Positions 58,283 to 64,000 of a stretch of 64,000 nucleotides of DNA are shown here, one piece after another. This stretch comes from Polyangiaceae bacterium. GTDB lineage: Bacteria; Myxococcota_A; Polyangia; Polyangiales; Polyangiaceae. Location: positions 64,001 to 128,000 of the forward strand of contig JBILLK010000013.1 in assembly GCA_044376115.1 (NCBI GenBank), written 5' to 3'. Within the stretch, counting starts at the first letter, position 1. Every line of letters starts with the position of its first letter. The notes beneath the pieces were generated by a model. The model searched no databases. It had not been told where the DNA came from and was given only the letters and a program-made list of their open reading frames with translations. The translations under genes were made by a program, and so were the position numbers.

Positions 58283-60339
58283 TGCGCCCCTCGACGCTGT
58301 TTGGGATCTGCGCGCTGATCGCTCAGCCGCTCCTTGTTGCCTACCCAAGCGCCGTGCTGGCCGCGGAGGTCGTTGACGTCAGCATCGCCGGGGACGCAGG
58401 GTGCGCGGTTCGCGACGACGGTGCCCTCTTCTGCTTTGGCTACGTCGGCGTGATGGGTCGTGACCACGACGGCGCGCTCAAGCGTGTCGCTAACGTGACC
58501 GCGAAGCACGTCGCTGTCAGTGGCCAGCACGTCTGCTTCGTCGACACGAAGGGAGCTGTGCAGTGCGGCGGCCGCGGAGACGCCGTGTCCGTATTACCCG
58601 GAAGCGCGCCTCCCGAAGCGGACGACATCCCGGATCCTGAGGCCGCTGAGTGGCGCACGGTGCCGGACGTCTCGAACGCGATCGACGTTGCCACAGGAAG
58701 GCATCACACCTGCGCGCTGACGAAGAGCGGCGACGTCGTTTGTTGGGGCTCGACGTATTACGGCCGCGTTGGGCCTTCGAACCCCCACGGGGGGCCCGCG
58801 AGAGTTCCTGGGCTCGGCGTCGTGAAGGAGCTCGCGGTGAGTGGCGACACGACCTGCGTTCTTTCGGCCGACAAGAAGGTTCGTTGCTTCGGAGAGCTGT
58901 GGACCCACGAAGGGAAAGACGTCAAGGATGGTGAGGTCATCACGCTCGCTATTCCTCCAGCCTCCAGCCTCGGGATTGGGTACGGGTTCGCGTGTGGCCT
59001 GTCAGAGGACGGTCTCCACGCGGGGTGCGCCGGTCGAGCCGTGTCGTTCACCGGCAAAGAGACCGAGAACGCAAAGACCCTCAAGCTCCCCGCAAAGGCG
59101 GCGAAGCTCGTGAGCGGAGGCGCTGGTCTGTGCGCACTTGGCGAGAGCGGAGAGCTCTGGTGCTCGGGAGAGTTGCAATCGCTCCTCGCGCGTACGGGCG
59201 AGCTCAAGCCGGGTGCATGGGCGGCCTACCCGACCGCGCTGCGAGCAGCTGCGCTCTCCTCCTATGACGTGCTCGCGATCGGAACGGACGGAGCGCTCCT
59301 GTTCGCGGGCGGCTTCAAAGGCGGCCCGCTGCCGATGAAGCCAGTCCAGAGAATGGCCGTCAGCGTCCAAGGGCTCGCGAATGTGGTGGAGCTCGCAGCG
59401 GGAGCGCAGCACGTTTGTGCGCGCCTCGAGGACGGCACGCTCAGCTGTTGGGGAGGCTCCTCGGAGGATGCGGCCGTTCCGCGCGCGATAGCGGGCCTCG
59501 ACTCGATCACCGCGCTCGACGCAGGCGGCAATACAACCTGCGCGCGACACAGCTCAGGCAAACTGAGCTGCTTCCAAACCAAGCACGTCGCGAACGCTCC
59601 GAGCGAGCGCCTCGAGGCTCCGAGCCAGCCAGCTTCGGTGGCGAGCGTCGCGGTCGGCGCTTCCCACGCCTGCCTGCTCGACGCCCAAGGCGGCGTAGCG
59701 TGTTGGGGCTCGGCCTACGACCAGGCGCTTGGCTACAAGGCAAAGGAGGAATACCCCGAAGCGGTCAAGAAGCCCGTCGCCATCGCCGGTCTCTCCGCGA
59801 TCACACAGCTTGATGCGGGCTCGAGCGCGACGTGTGCGCTCACGACGTCCGGCACCGTACGCTGCTGGGGTCGCAACGAGGCCGGCGTCCTTGGCAACGG
59901 CGAAAGCAAGAAGAGCGCGCTCGCTGCGGACGTCGTTTCCCTCCCCCCCGCGACGAAGATCGAGCTCGGCACGAGCATCGCGTGCGGGCTCGGGAAAGAT
60001 CAACGTGCCTATTGCTGGGGCAGCGGCGCGCTCGCTCCCGTCCCTTGGCCCGGCGACGCAAACGTGATCGACGTCGCTGCAGGAGAAGCCTACTCGGACG
60101 CTCCAGCCAGCGGGGCTTGCATCGTCCGAGCGACCGGCCGGGTCGAGTGTGGACTACCCGGTAGCGCGCGGACCATCAAAGGTGTCGAAGGAGCAACCGC
60201 CGTCACCGCCGGCAGCGGCTTCGCCTGCGCCATCCTCCGCGACAAGACCGTGAAGTGCTGGGGCAAACGCGACGCCGGTCAGCTCGGCGATGGCCGGCCG
60301 CCCATCACCACCACGTTTGAGGTCGTCGCGTTGCCGTGA
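58282..60339 (+). CDS. Secreted RCC1-repeat protein
   Basis: HTCAL..SG.V.CWG repeats; signal peptide; TGATG coupling to the WD40 gene. Confidence 0.9.
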   Translation: MRPSTLFGICALIAQPLLVAYPSAVLAAEVVDVSIAGDAGCAVRDDGALFCFGYVGVMGRDHDGALKRVANVTAKHVAVSGQHVCFVDTKGAVQCGGRGDAVSVLPGSAPPEADDIPDPEAAEWRTVPDVSNAIDVATGRHHTCALTKSGDVVCWGSTYYGRVGPSNPHGGPARVPGLGVVKELAVSGDTTCVLSADKKVRCFGELWTHEGKDVKDGEVITLAIPPASSLGIGYGFACGLSEDGLHAGCAGRAVSFTGKETENAKTLKLPAKAAKLVSGGAGLCALGESGELWCSGELQSLLARTGELKPGAWAAYPTALRAAALSSYDVLAIGTDGALLFAGGFKGGPLPMKPVQRMAVSVQGLANVVELAAGAQHVCARLEDGTLSCWGGSSEDAAVPRAIAGLDSITALDAGGNTTCARHSSGKLSCFQTKHVANAPSERLEAPSQPASVASVAVGASHACLLDAQGGVACWGSAYDQALGYKAKEEYPEAVKKPVAIAGLSAITQLDAGSSATCALTTSGTVRCWGRNEAGVLGNGESKKSALAADVVSLPPATKIELGTSIACGLGKDQRAYCWGSGALAPVPWPGDANVIDVAAGEAYSDAPASGACIVRATGRVECGLPGSARTIKGVEGATAVTAGSGFACAILRDKTVKCWGKRDAGQLGDGRPPITTTFEVVALP

Positions 60340-60425
60340 GGTCGAACCACCGAGCGAGGTCGTAGAGGCGGCCCGCGTTCATGGGTGGTCGTGGTTCTTT
60401 GGGCGGCTGCACCATGCAGCTGCGG

Positions 60426-62222
60426 CTATCTGGGCTGCTTCAAGACCTCCCGTAGCAGCTCCTTCTCCTGCTTGATGGCCTGGTCGACCGCGTTGCCGCC
60501 GTCCACGAGCTCGAGCCAACCCTCCTCGCGCGCGCGAGCGATCGCCGCACCCTGAGCCGCGATGACGGTGGCGTCGTTACCCCACAGGGAGGTGATCGCG
60601 ACGCGCTCCTTGGCACCGCGCCGCTTCAGCACCGCGTTAACCAGCCCCACGACCGCGGGGACGTCGTACCAGTCGCCATTGTCCGCTGGCGCTACCTCGA
60701 ACACGACGCCGTCGAAGTAGGCGCGCAATTGATAGCTCGACACCCCGGCCTCATTTTCCTCAGCCAATTCTTCGAACATAACGCCCTGCATGGCTTTGGC
60801 GATGGGGCGCGAGAGTTGGCGCGCCAGGTGGTCGTGCTCATTCGGCCATTGGCCCGTCTCTGGATCGAAGTGCACCGCATGAACGCTCGACCCCAGCAGA
60901 TCTTCGCCCGTAGTCCACCTCTCGTCGGCTTGAGGTCGCAGCTCGAAGCCCATGCCCCTGAGCGACTCCAGCGCGGCTTGGCGGGACGCATAACGCGCAT
61001 GGAAGTGAACGGCCTGTCGAAGGCGGTAGGGCCCCGGATCCTGATCGGATGGGGGCCCAAGCCGGGAGGCCAGCTTCTGCGAGACCGCGTTTGCTCGGGC
61101 AAAGTCGATGTTGGCCAACATGGTGAGCCGCGAAACCACCAGCCTCCCGACCTCGGGAGATCGCGGCTCGATTGTCGGCCCTTCCAGGCAACGAGCGATG
61201 GCGTCCGCGAGCTCCTGTTTTTTGGTTGGGTATTCCTCGGCAAGACGCCGGAACGTTTCGTGGCGCGGGTCACACGCAGCGGCACTCAGATCGCCAGGCC
61301 AAGCCGAGCGGGTAGCGCTGAGTTGCGTGCACTGCAGTTCGCCCGCGTTCTCGGGACTGGCGCACCACGCGAGACAGACGCGCCGAGCTTCGGCGTGGGA
61401 CTCGTGCAAGGCGCATGCAGCCTCGGCGTAACGGCCCTTCGCAGGTCCGGTGGTGCGCCCGTGTCGCTTGAGGATGAAGTCCCTGACCGTCTCGTCGCCC
61501 GCTACCGCGAGCCTCCTCAAGATGGCCGACACCCCAAAATGAGTTCCCGGCACCTTGCCGGTGGACTCGCCGGCCAGCGCAAGTGCAACAAGCTTCTTCC
61601 AAGGTCGTTTGGGCGCGGTCCACTTCTCGGAGGAGAAAGACCGAGTCATGAGATGGTCCAGCGTCGCCTGGATGGGAGCGTCCTCCTGGTCGAAATACTC
61701 ATCGAAGCGCTCGCTGCAGCCGGCCAGGGCGTGCCAGACGACCTGTCGCACCAGCAGCGGACGTGAGCTCTTCGTCACCTCGGCGGACCATTCACAGCGC
61801 GACTCTTCGCTGCAGTACTTGACGAAATCGACGTACGGCTCGAGCGCCTCGAGACTCTTGGCCCGAGGTGCGGCCGCCTCCAGCGCCTCGAGAAACCGCG
61901 CGCGCATCGAGCCTTCTCCCGAACAAATAGCGTCTCGCACGTACGACGGCGGGGGCGATTCGGCAGGCCAGGATTCTTTCCCGAGGACGAGCTTTGCGCC
62001 GAAACGCGCAGGCACGGTGGCCGGACGCTCCGTGACAGCGGCGTACACGAACGGATCGGCCATCGGGGTCGGAGCCGCGGGCGCCGTCGAAGCTGCGGTC
62101 GAAGCGAGCGGCGCGAGCGATGACGAGGTCTGAACGCCGGCATTCGATGAGCTGCCCGAGCAAGCCGCGAGCGAGATGATTCCGGCGAGGGCAACGAGGT
62201 GAGGGGTTGCGATGAACGACAT
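60426..62222 (-). CDS. Hypothetical lipoprotein
   Basis: MSFIATPHLVALAGIISLAAC; 598 aa. Confidence 0.7.
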   Translation of the reverse strand: MSFIATPHLVALAGIISLAACSGSSSNAGVQTSSSLAPLASTAASTAPAAPTPMADPFVYAAVTERPATVPARFGAKLVLGKESWPAESPPPSYVRDAICSGEGSMRARFLEALEAAAPRAKSLEALEPYVDFVKYCSEESRCEWSAEVTKSSRPLLVRQVVWHALAGCSERFDEYFDQEDAPIQATLDHLMTRSFSSEKWTAPKRPWKKLVALALAGESTGKVPGTHFGVSAILRRLAVAGDETVRDFILKRHGRTTGPAKGRYAEAACALHESHAEARRVCLAWCASPENAGELQCTQLSATRSAWPGDLSAAACDPRHETFRRLAEEYPTKKQELADAIARCLEGPTIEPRSPEVGRLVVSRLTMLANIDFARANAVSQKLASRLGPPSDQDPGPYRLRQAVHFHARYASRQAALESLRGMGFELRPQADERWTTGEDLLGSSVHAVHFDPETGQWPNEHDHLARQLSRPIAKAMQGVMFEELAEENEAGVSSYQLRAYFDGVVFEVAPADNGDWYDVPAVVGLVNAVLKRRGAKERVAITSLWGNDATVIAAQGAAIARAREEGWLELVDGGNAVDQAIKQEKELLREVLKQPR

Positions 62223-62390
62223 CGCGTGTGCACTTTGCACGGGCTCGGCAGGGAGACCAGAGGGTCTATCGGCCGACCGATGGGAGGCCACAACCTCGTT
62301 GGCGAGGTCATCGAGCTTGGTCGACTGCGGACTGTGCAAGAAGTCGAAAGAACGACGATCCCTTTCTCAACGAAACGTCCAGTTCGCGGG

Positions 62391-63731
62391 TCAAACGTCG
62401 ACGACCGAGATCGTACGCAGGTAGTAGTCCTCATCCAGTCGACGCGTAACGATGGTGGGATCATCCACCCGCATGCGTATCTCGAACGTGCCACGGCGCG
62501 TCGGGCGCCACGCGTAGGACCACAACGTCCACGTCGCGTTGGTGGTCATGGCCGGACATACCTGCACAGCAGCCCAAGGGCCGTCGCCGAAGCGAATCGA
62601 CAGGGCGTTGGTTAGAGCCGAGCCGCCCCAGAGAATGCCGACCACGCGCAGCAGCGGACCGCTCGGCGTAGACCAGCTCTCGACTCGCACGGGCATCGCG
62701 GCCTGGTCAATCGTCGCCGGCGCATACATCGCGGCGAGCTCAGGAACGCCAACCTGCTGGGTGCGCGACGCAAACTCCTTCATATGGGCGGTCGCCGGCT
62801 CGCTGTCATCCACCAGGACGATCTCATCGACCCACTTGATGCAGGTGCAGCCGTACCAGCCCGGCACCAGCAAGCGCACCGGCGCGCCGTGATCGGGCGG
62901 CAATGCCACCTCGTTCATTTCGGTAGCGAGGAACGCGTCCGCCAGCTGCTCGAAGGTGAAGATCCAACTCGCGCCAGGCTTGGAGTGACCGTTCTCCGAA
63001 GGCAGCGAGTGACCGTCGAAGCCTGAGATCAGTACGCGCGTGGCACTTCGATTGGGTGCGAGACTCGCGAGCAGGTCGAGCACCGGGGCGCCCGCCCAGC
63101 GGGCCGCACTGAGCAGACCGAAGCTGCCACCGCGACCATTTCCCGAGCACTCCATCAGGTGCACACCGCGCGCCGACACCAGCGGCTTGAGCTCGGCGAG
63201 CGTCAGTTCACGCGGACGCTCCACCAACCCGCTCACGCGGATGCGCCAAGGCGCTCGAGGATCGAGCAAGTCCGGATAGCGGGTGCGGATGTAGAACTGG
63301 TCATTGGGCGTGATCAGGCTGTCCGCGGAGAGCGTCGACAAGTCGGTGTACAGCCGGCCGTCCCAGCCAGCCTTGAGCGGCACGCCAAGCTCGGTATCCC
63401 CGTCGTCGATGAAGGGCAGCTCTCCGATGCGTTCACCGCCGGCGAAAGGGTCTTCTGCGCAGCCAGCCCCGCCGGCACCCCCTGCCCCGCCTTCACCAGC
63501 TCCGGCGGCACCGCCCCCGACGCCTTCGTCATCACCACAAGCGAGCAGGAGACTGCCCGCTGCGGCTGCGCTCGTCAGAAACTCCCTGCGGGACGCGCCA
63601 GGCACCCAGCTAGCTTCGCCCAACTCCGCAGCGCGGTCCACAGACGAACCCAGCGTGCGACCTGCAAGCTCGCGTCGTACGGCTCGTGACAGGAGCGCTC
63701 CTGGCGATGGCTGTGTGGGACCGCGCGGCAT
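62391..63731 (-). CDS. Sulfite-oxidase-family molybdopterin oxidoreductase, Tat lipoprotein
   Basis: SRREFL and LLLAC; TPNDQFYIR, ECSGNGR, HGAPVRLLVPGWYG..CIKW; start uncertain. Confidence 0.88.
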   Translation of the reverse strand: MPRGPTQPSPGALLSRAVRRELAGRTLGSSVDRAAELGEASWVPGASRREFLTSAAAAGSLLLACGDDEGVGGGAAGAGEGGAGGAGGAGCAEDPFAGGERIGELPFIDDGDTELGVPLKAGWDGRLYTDLSTLSADSLITPNDQFYIRTRYPDLLDPRAPWRIRVSGLVERPRELTLAELKPLVSARGVHLMECSGNGRGGSFGLLSAARWAGAPVLDLLASLAPNRSATRVLISGFDGHSLPSENGHSKPGASWIFTFEQLADAFLATEMNEVALPPDHGAPVRLLVPGWYGCTCIKWVDEIVLVDDSEPATAHMKEFASRTQQVGVPELAAMYAPATIDQAAMPVRVESWSTPSGPLLRVVGILWGGSALTNALSIRFGDGPWAAVQVCPAMTTNATWTLWSYAWRPTRRGTFEIRMRVDDPTIVTRRLDEDYYLRTISVVDV

Positions 63732-63756
63732 GCGGCCCTCACCTGGGTGTGGGGCA

Positions 63757-64000
63757 TCAGCGATAGGTCTGGCAGTTGTTGATGCAATTGGCGCGAGGTA
63801 TCCCCGTTAGCGGCGCGCATTGCATGGTGCAGGCGTCATAGCGGTTCTGGCGCTCGCGCGCGGCGGCCTCGGCCTTCGCGGCGCGCTCCTCGGCGGTGCT
63901 CGCGCCGACGACGCGACCGTTCTTGATCGTGAGGTTCGCCTCGGCTGGGTACGTCTTGCCGCCGATGTCGTGCTCGTTGGCGACGTTCGCCCAGACGATC
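63757..64000 (-). CDS. Second copy (3-prime part, cut by window edge) of lipoprotein 55343-55978
   Basis: Nearly identical to 55343-55586; I see two substitutions. Confidence 0.85.
   Translation of the reverse strand, partial: IVWANVANEHDIGGKTYPAEANLTIKNGRVVGASTAEERAAKAEAAARERQNRYDACTMQCAPLTGIPRANCINNCQTYR

Noticed and set aside
1..64000. tRNA, rRNA, transposase or integrase genes
   Set aside because: No recognisable motifs found by eye; tRNAscan-SE and ISEScan would be needed to exclude them fully.

Overview
High-GC window, probably myxobacterial (Polyangiaceae-like); the taxon is inferred from gene content only. It is an accessory, rearrangement-rich region with no rRNA, tRNA, CRISPR array, transposase or integrase that I can recognise. 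Main contents: (1) Two orphan vgrG islands. Island 1 is short vgrG, a putative separate needle protein, DUF2169-pentapeptide, pentapeptide, DUF3540 and a PAAR-like DUF4150 fused to an S41 protease. Island 2 is vgrG with a C-terminal transthyretin-like extension, a transglutaminase-elicitor-like putative effector, a lipoprotein immunity candidate and a LysM/PG-binding protein. (2) Seven toxin-antitoxin-type loci, several with broken or missing toxins. (3) Many single lipoprotein genes and a bacterial COMMD-like gene. (4) Four families of palindromic repeats (A-D). From about 24.5 to 42.3 kb, a co-oriented composite block (C-C-D-invariant core-D) separates single genes or operons like a cassette array. 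Throughout the window, cargo is repeatedly flanked by an intact gene and a decayed direct copy of it. All family assignments come from motif recognition by eye, not database searches.
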